Below are positions 1 through 12,140 of a stretch of 64,000 bases of DNA, piece by piece. Numbering within the stretch: the stretch's first letter is position 1; every line of letters starts with the position of its first letter. The notes below the pieces were generated by a model. It made no database searches. It was not told the origin of the DNA and saw only the letters and a list, made by a program, of their open reading frames with translations. Made by a program: the position numbers and the translations under genes. Origin of the DNA: Lama glama (taxonomy: Eukaryota); NCBI GenBank assembly GCA_028534125.1, contig CM052831.1, positions 23,746,001-23,810,000 of the forward strand, written 5' to 3'.

Positions 1-1261
1 GAGAGGCCCACAGTTGTCTCAGATTCTCTAGGGGTCACTCGCCCCCTTGAGAGTTAAGGACAGTGTGCTAGACCTAAGCAACCTACCAGGTCCTGTTTCT
101 CTACCCTCCCACCCCACTCCTTCCTTAATTCTCTTGTGTGAGCTGGGCAGGGCAGCAGGCTCTGTGGGTACAGTGGAGAAGACAGGAGACCCTGTGCCCT
201 GCCAGGGGTGCCATTGAGTCAGGGGAGGTGACATTAAGGAGGTCATTCTAGGTGGGACAGGCATCTGGAGACAACAGTCTTATGTCTTAGTGGCCCCAGA
301 ATATAAGGGCTGTTAGGACTCTTCCCCTGCCACATCTCCTTCCCCTTCCCTGGGGATGAAAGAGGAGAGACCTGTGAGAGAAGGAAGCCCAGGAGGGGAG
401 ATGATGGAGAGGTCAGTTTGGTTGTGGTCCTGATGGCCTCCTAGGGGTTGTACCTCTGTATGGGGTGGGGTGGGGTGGGGGGAATTCCTGCTGTCATCTC
501 CTTCCTCCAGAAAACTCCTAGGCTCAGGACTGTGAGATCTGTGTTGCCTCCTCTTTCATCTTTGGTTTCAACATCTTCAGATGACCAAATACTAAATTTA
601 TGGGCTTAAAGAGTTGCCTGAAACATTACTATGGTATGACATGTAACAGAGAAGCTTGAGAGAGCTTTCTAAGGCACTCACAGTTTTTCTTTAAAAGTTT
701 AAAGATTTTTCTTCTCTTGAACCCCCTTTTTCATGTATGCTTCTAATATTTATAGGAGTTATATCTGTTTGTTTGCTCCTTAAGTAAGAATGTGGACAGA
801 GAAGTCTCCTAGTAAATGCTGGTCCCTATTGCCACTGTCCCTCCACCCATGTCATTGTAGTAGTGACCTGCTAGTCCTCTGTGAAGCTTTCCCTATCCCT
901 CTGCCAGGTTAATTTTCCTAACGTAAAGTGTTACCACCCTGCTTCAGAATCCATGGTGGCTTGAATACATTATAGGTCAGGTCAGAGTGAAACAATGGGT
1001 GCAGTCGCTTAAATCTGCTCTGTCCCAGCAGTTCTACTTCTGGGAGTTTTCTTACAGAAGTACTTCACAAGTATACAAAGCCAGATGCAAGGATGCTCAT
1101 TTCATTATTATTTAATAAAAAAGTTAGAAATAATGTCAGTAGGGAAGTCAATAAATACATTGTGATTGTGTGTGACTATTATGCAGCCTTGGAAAGGAAT
1201 CATAGAGATGTGGAAAGATGTGTAAGGCATATAGCTTAGTTGGAGGGGAAATGGCAAAGGA

Positions 1262-1540
1262 GAAATATTAAATGATTCTGTTCATATGAAGTACTCAAGT
1301 ACTCAAATTTGTAGAGACAGAAAGTTGAATGGTAGGTACCAGGGTCTGGGGATTAGGGAGGGTGAGGAGTTATTGTTTAATAGGTACAGAGTTTCAGCGT
1401 GAGATGATGAAAAAATTCTGGACATAGATAGTGATAATTATTGCACATTGTGAATGTACTTAATGCCATAGAAGTGTATACCTCAAAATAATTAAAATGG
1501 TAAATTTTATATTGTGTATATTTTATCACTTTTTAAAAAG
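1262..1540 (+). mobile_element. Old L1 (L1MB-like) 3' end
   Basis: Characteristic GAGACAGAAAG...GGTACAGAGTTTCAG...GTGAATGTACTTAATGCC...AAAATGGTAAATTTTAT. Confidence 0.8.
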
Positions 1541-4500
1541 TTAGGTGAGAAAAAGAAAGCTGATTTTACTTGGGAGAAAAAGGCAAAATGACACATATAG
1601 CCTTATCCTATTTGTGTAAAGAACAGAAAGATGTATTGAAGAAAATCTACAGGATGAAGAGACCCCAAACCATTAATGGTGCTCATTTTAACATACTTGT
1701 AACCAGTTTAAAAATCTGTTATTTAAGAGCTAAGCAGGATGTCTGTTGGCTCTTCATTTCTCTACCTGTTGTGGAAGCCTCCTTTCTTCACGCTTCTTAC
1801 ACAAGTGCCAGCTTAATTGCCGCCCTCATCCCCTTGCACTGTCAGGTCTACTCTCTGACCTCCATCTCCCAGTGCCCTTTTTGTAGGAACTAGGGATAGT
1901 GGACAGAGGGTAGCTCATGTTTCAGGGGTGCATGCAGGCAGTAGACTAGATGTTTAACCTTGTCCCACCTCCTGGCACCTCCATAAAACTGTAGCATTCC
2001 TAGAGTTCACAGATTAAGACAGGCACCAAGAGTAGGTAATGCACCATTTATACCCAAATATAAGGCAGGCCCCAATTTGTCAGGGAATAGATTTTAAAAG
2101 AATTTTTTGGTACAACTCAAGTGTATGAACAGACTTACAGAGATAGATAAAGGTTGTATTTCTTAGAATATTTATTTCAAATTGCATGTACGTATTTAGT
2201 TATTATCTAAAATAATGTATTGCTTTAGAAGTTATGCTTTTTACCTACATATTTCATGAATTAGTTCTGCTCCAACTTGCTTGGGGCATCTTTGCCACTC
2301 CCATAGCCATATTTGGAGGGGTTCTCCTCTTGAATACTCATCCTCACTTCTCAGTGTTGGAGACATTTTCACTGGAACCTTTACCCCAAGCTGGTTGTGA
2401 CCTCTGCAATGAGACCCTTTTACCATGTTGATTTTTTTAAATCGCAGCTTTTAAAATTCATTATAGTTCACGTACCATATAATTCACCTCAAAAGAAGTC
2501 CTGTATCCATCATCCCCTCACACGGGGTCTTTTGAGCTGCCCCTGTCCTTTGTAGAACCTATGCTTGGCCTTAAGAAGCAGACACAGCAGCACCTTCCCA
2601 GGGTTGCATGCACAAGGACCTTATGGGTTGATTGGGATGCTGCACTTACATGAGGAGGCCAGAGGAGGACGGTAAGCCCAGGATGCAGGATCCTGGGGCA
2701 TTTGGAATGTTGGACCTTCCAGAGGTGCCAGCTGGCAGCTTACAGACTCTGGGCCCAAAAACTGATGGATATGGCCAGTAGATCTGGGACAGGTGAGGGC
2801 TGGGAAAGGAAGGGACAGGCTGCCCTTGGCCCAAGAATGATTTGTCTTACTCTCAGAGTGTTTTTACTCTGAAAATACCTTAGGCTCCTTCTATAGAACC
2901 AAAGGAAGGGAACAGTGGTAAGATGTCGAAAGTGGAAGTTCCCCATTGGCCTTCCCTCCCAATCCTCACATGCTCTTGACTGACTGAAGTCTCTTGCCCT
3001 TCTCACAAGCCAGGTGATTCCAAGGGAGTTGGTGTGTGATTTGCTTCAGAACTATGGGTGCAATTAAGCTTGATTTCCCCAAGGAAGTTTTTTTATATCT
3101 TGCTGTGCCTTATTTTGGAAAGACATCTTAGGACTCATGGAGGACGAGTAGCAAATGGTCAAGTGTTAGGACATAGTACTGTGACCTATGCAGTGTCAGG
3201 AATTTTCTCACTCCTGTATCTTGTTCTTTTCCTCGCTGGTCATGGAGGAACACTGACTGTCCTTGGTCAGAGTAGTTGGGTGATAAAGATGCCATATTGG
3301 TGCTGTGAGCCTGGTTTCTTTAAAGACCCTGGAGCGGGGAGTATTTACCTGAGTGAAGTGTTGTGAGGACCCAGAGGAAATTGTGCCCTCTGGGCACAGG
3401 ATCTGATGCAGTGCAGGGCCCATGTGGTTCATCCTCCAGCAAGTGCAGAACTCGTTGTGCTGACCTGGGCGGGTCGGGGTTGCCTGGGTTCTGTGGCTGC
3501 CCATGAAGACTGAATCATTTTTGGCACCATTTGCTTTAGAGGATGAGTTCATGTTTCATCTGGTTTGGGGACTTGCTGAGAGATGAGCAGGGGTAAACAT
3601 TGACCACAGGCACGGAGCATATAATCTTGTCTGAAGCCAATGGACCATTACTTATTAGCACACAAGAGAACCATGACTCAAAGTAAGAAAGTCCCCATAG
3701 ATGGAGACCTTGTAGCAATTTTGCCCATAGCCTGAGAGGGTCACTTCTGTGTGTTCCTGTTGTATATGTTTCCTGCAAGATGGTGGGAGTCATAGTCTGT
3801 ACCAAGGAGGAGGAGACTGGAGATGGAGATTTACTCTTGAAGAGTAACGGGCTTTTTAAGGAAGACTGGTAATTCTTGGTGTATGTATGGAATACATGTT
3901 AGAGATTTATGAATAAATTTCATATTCTGATAAAGACATATGGCATCTTAGAATCAATAATTTAAGTTTTCTTGAAGGAGTGGTGCTACAGTTTTGCTAG
4001 AAGAAGCTTTTTAAATTGCTAAAACTGTAATTCTAGCTGTGTAACTGATGAACATATTTCTAGGTAGTCTGAAAGCGCCCTCTCCCCGTCCCCTACCATC
4101 TTGGGGCCCTCTAGTCTTTCATTCCAGAAATCTGATCTGATGAGGCAAAGAGATGGGGCAGTGTGATCATGCTGGTGGTTCTAGGGAGGAGAAGCCTCTG
4201 AAAGGCTGCTGTTTCCCTTATAAAAAAGCTTGTCTGGATTTTTTGAACAGAGTCTGCTGTTTTATTTGTCCCTCAGCATTGGTGAAAGGATCTGCATTAT
4301 TGTGACTTTTGTGAAATAGTTCCACCTACAACTTGCAGTTTCTCCTTCATTAAAACTAGAATAAAATGCTAATGAGGGAGAAAAGGAACACCTGCTGTTG
4401 GACCCCAGGCATCTGTGTTAGGTTAATGCAGGGCTTCTGTGTCTTGTCTCTCTGCTCCTGCTGCTTCCTTTGGTGGAGCCAGCACCTGATATGGCATGGG

Positions 4501-5095
4501 TTTGACCCTTCCAGACTTCTTAGCAGTGACTCTTACCTCAAAGTATCTATCCTAGGAGATATGGTGCCTAGGGGCACCCATCTGTAGGGGAAGTGATCTT
4601 AGTATCTACTCCAGAAGGCTGCTGTAGGAGTGGAGGAGTTACAGAGCAGACTAAGTGCTCAATGAACAGTAGCTTTTGTCTCTGGCATGGTTGTATCTCA
4701 TTGTCATTGAAGGTTGAGGAGTTGGTCACTTCCTCCTCTGACCTTCCAGCACCATGTACACACTTTAGGGACAGCATGTATTGGAGTTATTATCCTCACT
4801 TGTTTGCATGTGGTCCATCTCCCAGGGTCTCCATCATGGAGTAGAGCTCTGAGCATGCAGTGCGGATTGGATCAGTGTGTTTTTTGTGTATGTGTGTGGA
4901 TGAGTTTAAAACCTTCAAGAGCTGAGCAGCCATCTGGATTTTCCTGTTTCAATTGCAGTGAATTATTTTACCCCCTAATATTTTCCCTTTCAGTTTTAAA
5001 AGTAACAAATATGTGCTCCAAGTCTGAGAATCTTTCCAGAAGTTTGGAACATTCAGAGAACTAAAGAGAGGGAATAGCAATCTTACCACATAGCA

Positions 5096-5480
5096 CAGGG
5101 CAGATCCAGGTTTTGTGGTGTCTGAAGTTTATATAATGTAATATAAATATATATAATTTACTTTCTACAAAATATATAAGCACCATTTTTAAATAAAAAG
5201 ATTTATAATTATGAAAACAATTGTATAAAAAAGTGAGTATTTGGATTGAAAAAAATCACAAAACATTATACATTTCAAAAATCAATACTTCAGTAATTTT
5301 TTCCCTACATTTTTGGGCAGCATATTGACTGCTTCATTCTATGACAGCAGTGTCATAATTTTTCTATAGAAAAGTCACATAGTCACTACTCTAGGTTGGT
5401 TAACCCTCATATGCTTTCTGTTATTGACAACTTAGAACAATTTCTGTCAGCTTTATAACTCATTATATGTCATGTAAACT
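5096..5480. mobile_element. Degenerate hAT-type DNA transposon fragment
   Basis: Terminus CAGGGCAGATCCAGGTTTTGTGG followed by an AT-rich body; family from memory only. Confidence 0.35.
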
Positions 5481-6579
5481 TTACCATTTTAACCATTTTT
5501 AAGTGTACAATTTAGTGGCATAGCTGGAACTTTTTGCCCATCTTTTCCTCTGTATGTCTTATGACATAGTTCAGACAATATAGATCATACATAAAATTGT
5601 GTATCTTCCTTCTTTCACTTAAAGAGCATATCATAAGCATTTTCTCAAATTGTTTAAAAATGTAAAATTAATAGGCAAATGTTTTATAGTATGCTAATAG
5701 TTCATCATACACTTCCCTACTGATGGATGTGAAGGTGAGTGTGTTCATGCTGGGGGATAAGAAGTGTCCTGCCGGGACTTGATGTTTATGGAGCAGTGGT
5801 GGGAGTCTTCCTAGGGTTGATGGTAGTTTGATGCCGTATACCCATGACCCAGGTGGGTCAATCTGGTCAGCCACTGTCCTTGATACCTTTACTCTTCCTT
5901 CCTGGCTTTATTTTGCTAAAACTCCTTTTTGTTTATTCATTTTTGTCACCAGAGATTGTGCCTCATTTGTTGCCCAGCTTTTCTGGAAGTCCAGGTCATG
6001 GAGGGAGTAATTTTCCTTCTTCATCGTCTTGCAGAGGCATCTTGTTTAAAGCTGGATGGCAGACCTGCCAACATTGCTGAAGAGGCCTTCAGCAGATACT
6101 CAGTACCAACCCATGGTCTTTCTTTGCTTTGCCTGCAAAAGATGGGGATAATTACCTTTCAGTGATAACTTAGCAACCTGAAAACCTTGGGTCTTTGGGA
6201 TGTGAACTCAATACCAACACAGAATTTCTGAATGCTAGTTAGTATATTTGTTTTAAACTATGATAGTTAATCTTCTGATAGCCACATTTTTACAGTTTAT
6301 TCTTCAGGGACCATTCTTTTGCCTGATTTTCTACAAAAGGGAATTTTTCAAGAGGTTGCTTTGTTTACCTGAGCTTAGACTTTGTTTACATGAAATGTTT
6401 CCACACCATCAGGTCCCAGATGAGTGCTTAGGTGCTGGGTCCTTCATTTATATTTCCCAGTTAATGCAGACTTAATAAGGTGGGAGAATATAAATGGAAA
6501 ATTAACACCCAGTTGATGCTGAGAATACATTTTGTAAAGTGTATGGCATGCCTCTTTAATGACACAGTTGTAATTTGAG

Positions 6580-7010
6580 GCACATCCTGTGGAATGCTTA
6601 CTTTGTGCTGGTGCTCTTCTGGGCTCTGACATTCAGAACAAAACAGTCAAAAATCTCTAACTTTATGGATTTTGTTTTCTTGTGGGGCAGAGTGGGGGAG
6701 ACAAAGTAAACAGGACAAATAAGAAAACCTAGTATGTTAGATGGCAGTTAAGTGCTGAGGAGAAAATAGAGCAGGGTTGTATAAGGAGTGTGGATGGGGT
6801 GATGAGGCACTTTTAGATGGGGTGGCTAAGGAAGACCTCATTAAAGAGGTGATATTTGCATAAAGAGCTGAAGGAGGTAAAAGAGTGAGCCAAGAGGATA
6901 TCTGGGGAAGAGTGTACCAAGCAGAGGGAATGGCAAGGACAGAGGCCCTGAGGGAGGTGTATATCGGACTTGTTTGAGAAACAAAAAAGCCAGTATAGTT
7001 GGAGTACATT
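6580..7010 (-). mobile_element. L2 fragment
   Basis: Reverse complement of the L2 3' end, followed by a purine-rich body (GGAAGACCTC...GAGCTGAAGGAGG...CTGGGGAAGAG). Confidence 0.7.
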
Positions 7011-7152
7011 TGCTGTTGGTTTTTCTACAGAAAGACTTATTGTACCAGTATGCTTCTGTTCTGCTCATTTGTATGTAAAGGATGCTTTTGCTTTACAAGA
7101 ATTGAAAAAGATAGCCATGCAACTGGTACAGGTTTGCTGGTATTAAGACCCT

Positions 7153-7312
7153 AATATATAGCACAGAGAAATATATTTAAGATCTTGTAGTAGCTCACGG
7201 TGAAAAAGAATATGAAAATGAATATATGTATATTCATGTATGACTGAAAAATTGTGCTGTACATCAGAAATTGACACAACATTGTAGACTGACTATAACT
7301 CAAAAAAAAAAA
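7153..7312 (+). mobile_element. 5'-truncated young L1 (3' end only) with polyA tail and TSD
   Basis: L1 3'UTR-like sequence ending GACTATAACTC plus an A run. TSD AAGACCCT at 7145-7152 and 7313-7320 at a TT/AAGA endonuclease-type site. Confidence 0.8.
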
Positions 7313-7644
7313 AAGACCCTGATAAAAATTAGGCTTTCAAAGTGAGCAGATGGCTTTAGGATTAGCAGTGGGATTTATGAGGGAAAACATGGCTGTCCCT
7401 GAAAGTCTCTACCATCAGAGAATATCTTCACAAGATAGTGACCCAGGTGTACCTTGCTAGGCAAGATGCTCCATGTAAGGCAAATGAGCCCTGTTAGAAT
7501 GGATGGGAAGGTTAATTTCAGCCAATGCATTTGCATGTAGAAACGATTTAATAGCTAGTATCTTTTAATTATAGTATTTTCTGATTATTAAAATACGTAC
7601 TTACTGTAAAATTTTTGTAACAGAGAAAGTATAAGAAAAATTCA

Positions 7645-8100
7645 GCCCTTTTATTGAAATATAATTTATATACAATAAGATTCCTCAGTTTTAAGTCTAT
7701 AATTTGATGAGTTTTGACAGATGTATGCAGTCATATATAGTCTTTTGTAGTTGACTTTTTCAGTTAACATAATGCTTTTGTGATTACTCTTTGTTGTTGT
7801 ATATATCAATGCATTCCTTTTTTTGTNNNNNNNNNNNNNNNNNNNNNNNNNNNNNNNNNNNNNNNNNNNNNNNNNNNNNNNNNNNNNNNNNNNNNNNNNN
7901 NNNNNNNNNNNNNNNNNNNNNNNNNNNNNNNNNNNNNNNNNNNNNNNNNNNNNNNNNNNNNNNNNNNNNNNNNNNNNNNNNNNNNNNNNNNNNNNNNNNN
8001 NNNNNNNNGGGTCACATAATAAGTATATGGGTAACTTAGTAAGAAACTGCCGAACTGTTTTCCAAGGTGGCTGTACATTTTCATTCCTACTAGCAATGTT
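7645..8100 (-). mobile_element. Old L1 3' region (interrupted by an N-run)
   Basis: TTTATTGAAATATAATT...; AACTGTTTTCCAAGGTGGCTGTACATTTT. Confidence 0.7.
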
Positions 8101-10467
8101 TGGGGAATCCATTGAGCAACCCTGGTGGTATAATCATGGGTTGTGTATGGTTGTTTGCAGATGTGGGCGATGGCTCTGGGGCTTATGGAGAGGAGGTGCA
8201 TGTGGTGAAGGTTGTTTTTCCACCATCAGGCTAATACGCCTCACACCATCCCCTGTGACTGCCTAACCCTGGGGTTTTTCTTAAGGCAGAGTAAGTGGCC
8301 CCAGCAGATCCCATTTGTAGCCTCATGGACTAGATTCTAGATGTGTGAGCTAAGGGCCCGGAGGTTTTCATGAGTCATAGTTGTTTTATTTGCAATATTT
8401 TAAAGTTAAGACTATTAATGTTAAAGCATTGTTTCCAATATATCCTTAAACCAATTTGATAGATTTAAGGGGATGGGCTGTGGGAGAAATCTGTGTCCTA
8501 TCCTAGGATGATCATGTTCTGTGTTCCTTACCTGGTCATAGTTTCATGGACAAACGTGAGGAAATGTGGAAAGCTAAAACAGTTGCTTAATCTGAAGCCA
8601 ACATTTTACACTATTCTCTATCTTCATAGGTTCAGGGTCCACACATTGCATGGACTTCTTAGTAACCATTAATACTCTAGGATTCCTGGGAAACTGGGCG
8701 TTAGACTCCAGATATTTAAAAACCTTTAAGAGATCCAGCTGCTCAAACTATGTGAAACAGAGAAAGAGTGGCAGTGAAACAGAGTAGGTGCTTTCGGCAC
8801 TTTTCTCTCTTCTGACCAGGCTGAGGCCACTAGAGAGGAAGCTGATCTGTTGTGTAATCCTTGGAAAGTTGATCCTTCATTTCCCACAGAGATAGGGCCT
8901 ATAAGGGACCCTAAAGCAAAAGCTCCATTTCTTTGTCTGCAACCCCAAATATGAGAAATATATTGTACAGTGAAGCCATACTTATGTTCATATTCAGAGA
9001 TTAAACATAATGAAAAGAATCACAAAACAGGACTTACTACGTGAAATACAATGGTACTCACTGTTTTTTCCGACTTGATTTTTTTTTCCCCCACTGGCTA
9101 CCACTCACTAATTTGGTTACACAACCCACAGAGTAGAGCTCTATGCCAGGTCTTTCCTCTCCATTTTACAGACCAGAAAACTGGAATCCAAAGGGAGCCA
9201 GGGACTTGGAGTCTTTCTCCAAGTAACTGAGTGGCAGAACTTGGACCAGAAGCTGGTTCCACCTCACTACAGGATAATCCATTTTCTCCCTAATTCTGCC
9301 TCACATTTAGGAGTTTCCTCTGTCATCAGTATTGGTACAGGCGAGAATAAGCCTTATTTTTCTTGCCTTTCTTACCTGATGATGATTCCTCTCTGGGGAG
9401 CAATGTCCCTTGGACTGCCTGAGTTGGGTGCTGGGGGGAGGGTGGCAAGGTGCCATGTTATACCCAGCAGCTAGTGAACACACAGGAGATCTGGGAGAAG
9501 CTGGTGGAGACCCTCACTGGGCTTTTCAGCCTCCAGCACATGAACCATATTGTAGAGAGTTGCCATGAAGGACCAGTTTTTGTTTTGGATTTCTCATTGG
9601 GGGTAGGTAAGAGAGATGCCTGGACAGAGATTTTTTTTTCCTACTTAACTCAATACATTTAAGGAATCTCGAACAGAGTTGGAAAGGTATTTGTATTAGT
9701 GTTAGCATTACTCTGGTTACAAGAGCAGTTTTACATGTTTATGAAAGATTTGAATTGCCTGGCCTATGAGGAGTGTCTTGTTCTTTCATAATTGAATAAT
9801 TATGGTACCTGGTTCTTGCTTGGATACTGGCAGGCTAACCATAAGCCAGTAGCTTTCCTTTGGTGTTGCTCTTACTCAAGAGGACTTGTTCACTACTGAA
9901 AAACTAGTGTGAACCTGTCTGTATAAACCTAAAGGGCTTGTGTGGCCAAGCCTCTCAGAGCTCCACCTTCTGGAGAGAGTCTGGAATGGCTGGAAGTTCT
10001 TCAACCTTTATGCAGATTGCCTCTGTGGTATCTTGGGACTCCTCAACACATGCCCTACTGAGGGCTTCTGTGATGAGAACAAAGTGCCAGCTGAGAAATC
10101 AGAACTTTTGGTGAGAACGTAGTGCCAGATGAGAAATCAGAACCTTTGGTTTGCTGCTCTTTACGTAAAGGAAAGTTTATTATTCCTATCCTCGAGTTCA
10201 GTTGGGGCCCACCATTGGCTCTCTCTGAAAGAAAGAGATTAACACCAGCTAAACTCTTTTTTTTTTAAAAAAAGAGGATGTTTTATAAATAGAAAATGTA
10301 AATACATGGTGAAAGCACTGTCACAGGACAGGCTAAATGTCCCATGTATATTTGAGTGCTATACAACAGCAGGTGTGCCAGAGACCCTGGGCCCCAGAGG
10401 CACCTGTGTGGGGACATCCAACAGATTGAGATTCATTTGGAAAGTATGGCTTACTGTCCCTAGCGCT

Positions 10468-10590
10468 GGGTGAGTTTCCTCAGCTCCCCGAATCAATTTA
10501 ATTGGTTTCAGCATCTACCTCATAGAAGGTATCCTGAGGACCAAATGAGGCAAATTCCCATAGTGAGCCTAGCACAGAGTCAGTGCTTTA
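10468..10590 (+). mobile_element. MIR fragment
   Basis: AGTTTCCTC...ATCTACCTCATAG...TGAGGACCAAATGAG core. Confidence 0.55.
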
Positions 10591-11214
10591 CCCTCCTTAG
10601 AGGACAGTTGGCACTCTAACTGACCCATTCTCACCACCACCACCATCTTGCAGTTAGAGTAATGGGAATCAGAGGAGTTCCCAGTAAGAACTCTATACAG
10701 ATACTGAAGTGTAGCCTAAGCCCTTTTAGTAGTGCTAGTAGCGACCGTGTAGTCTGAATTATAGACAGAAAACAGAATGAGCTGGACATAACCGGAAATG
10801 GTTCACAGGCACATAACAGCTGTGCTCTGCTGAGATCCAGTGTGCTTGGGGATTCCGAGTCAGGTCTAAGGCCCTGGACCTCACTGGATGAGACCCCTGA
10901 GTGCCCCAGGAGTGCAGCTTTGGTTTAAAGGTGTGCCCCAGCTTTTGAAGATCAAGATAGAACCGATAAAAATAGTCAGTGACCTAGAACACTGTGTATC
11001 TTTTTAAAAGGAGTTAGCCAGCCTTGATCGGTTGTTTTTAGATGCAGACGTTAATCATTAAAGCTAGGCCCAAGCTCCTCTGCTAATAAGGTTAATGGGG
11101 CTTGTCTTTGGCCTTAAGCAGGGCAGTGTGCGTAGACAAAGTGGGGGAGTAAATCTTACTAGATGATGCGTAAGCAGGTTTCCCTTCAAATGCGTTTTAT
11201 AAAAACAACTAATG

Positions 11215-11420
11215 ACCAAGAGTGAACCCTAATTTGAACTTTGATGCTGTATCAGTATAGGTTCATCATCATATGTAACAAGTGCACTCTGATGGGGGAT
11301 ACTGATAATGGAGGAGCCTATATCTATGTATCTTTGGGGCAGATGGTTATATGAGAAATCTCTGTTTTCTCAATTTTTCTGTGAACCTAAAACTGCTCTA
11401 AAAAATAAAGTATTAAAATA
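11215..11420 (+). mobile_element. L1MC-like 3' end
   Basis: GAGTGAACCCTAAT...TGTAACAAGTGCAC...GTGAACCTAAAACTGCTCTAAAAAATAAAG. Confidence 0.75.
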
Positions 11421-11808
11421 AATATAATTAACGGAGAGACTTGGACGTCAGTTACGTTAAGTTTAACAATTTTATTAGAAAATGGTAAGAATTAATCCCA
11501 ATATTAGGCTTGAAATTGTGATTTTACCTTGTCGTGGCTTCGCGGTAGTGGCTTTCCAACGCGGGGCGGGGTGATTGGGGCTGTTTAGGGGTCTCCGGAG
11601 GCATCACTGCCTGTCGACATCCGGTCCCGCCCGGCAAGAGCTCTGGCTGTTTGTTTCTGCAGCAGGAGGTGAGGCGGGAGTGGGCGGTGTGGGCGGGGCC
11701 GCGCGTAAGCTCAGGCTGTTTTGTCTTTCGGCTGGAGGAGGAGGACTAGCGCCTCCAAGGCAATTCCCAGGGCGCTTCCAACTCTTTGTCACTGTTCGCT
11801 TCCGGCAG

Positions 11809-11938
11809 AGCATTCTGGCCCGCACAGCCGAGAAGCTGAGGCCAGACGGACGGACGGGCAGACTGACGACAGACGGAGGACGCGCTGGCCGCTGGACCCC
11901 GCCGCCTCCCCCTTCTTCCTGCTGCCTGCACTTGGAGA
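11809..11938 (+). other. IP6K2: IP6K2 5' UTR part of the first coding exon
   Basis: Pyrimidine tract and CAG acceptor at 11806-11808, 130 nt upstream of the ATG. Confidence 0.75.
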
Positions 11939-12140
11939 ATGAGCCCAGCCTTCAGGGCCATGGACGTGGAGCCCCGCGCCAAGGGCGTCCTGCTGGAGCC
12001 CTTTGTCCACCAGGTTGGGGGGCACTCGTGCGTGCTCCGTTTCAACGAGACGACCCTGTGCAAGCCCCTGGTCCCAAGAGAGCACCAGTTCTACGAGACC
12101 CTCCCAGCCGAGATGCGCAAATTCACTCCCCAGTACAAAG
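11939..12140 (+). CDS. IP6K2: IP6K2 coding exon 1
   Basis: MSPAF...TPQYK; donor G|gtgagc. Confidence 0.97.

Noticed and set aside
2556-2671. Possible cassette 5' UTR exon of IP6K2 (cctttgtag|...ACG|gtaagc)
   Set aside because: The splice signals are plausible, but such pseudo-exons are common and there is no transcript or conservation evidence here.
7666-8266. ORFs spanning N-runs (also at 12689-13875 and 34164-34801)
   Set aside because: Artefacts of translating through N's and microsatellites.
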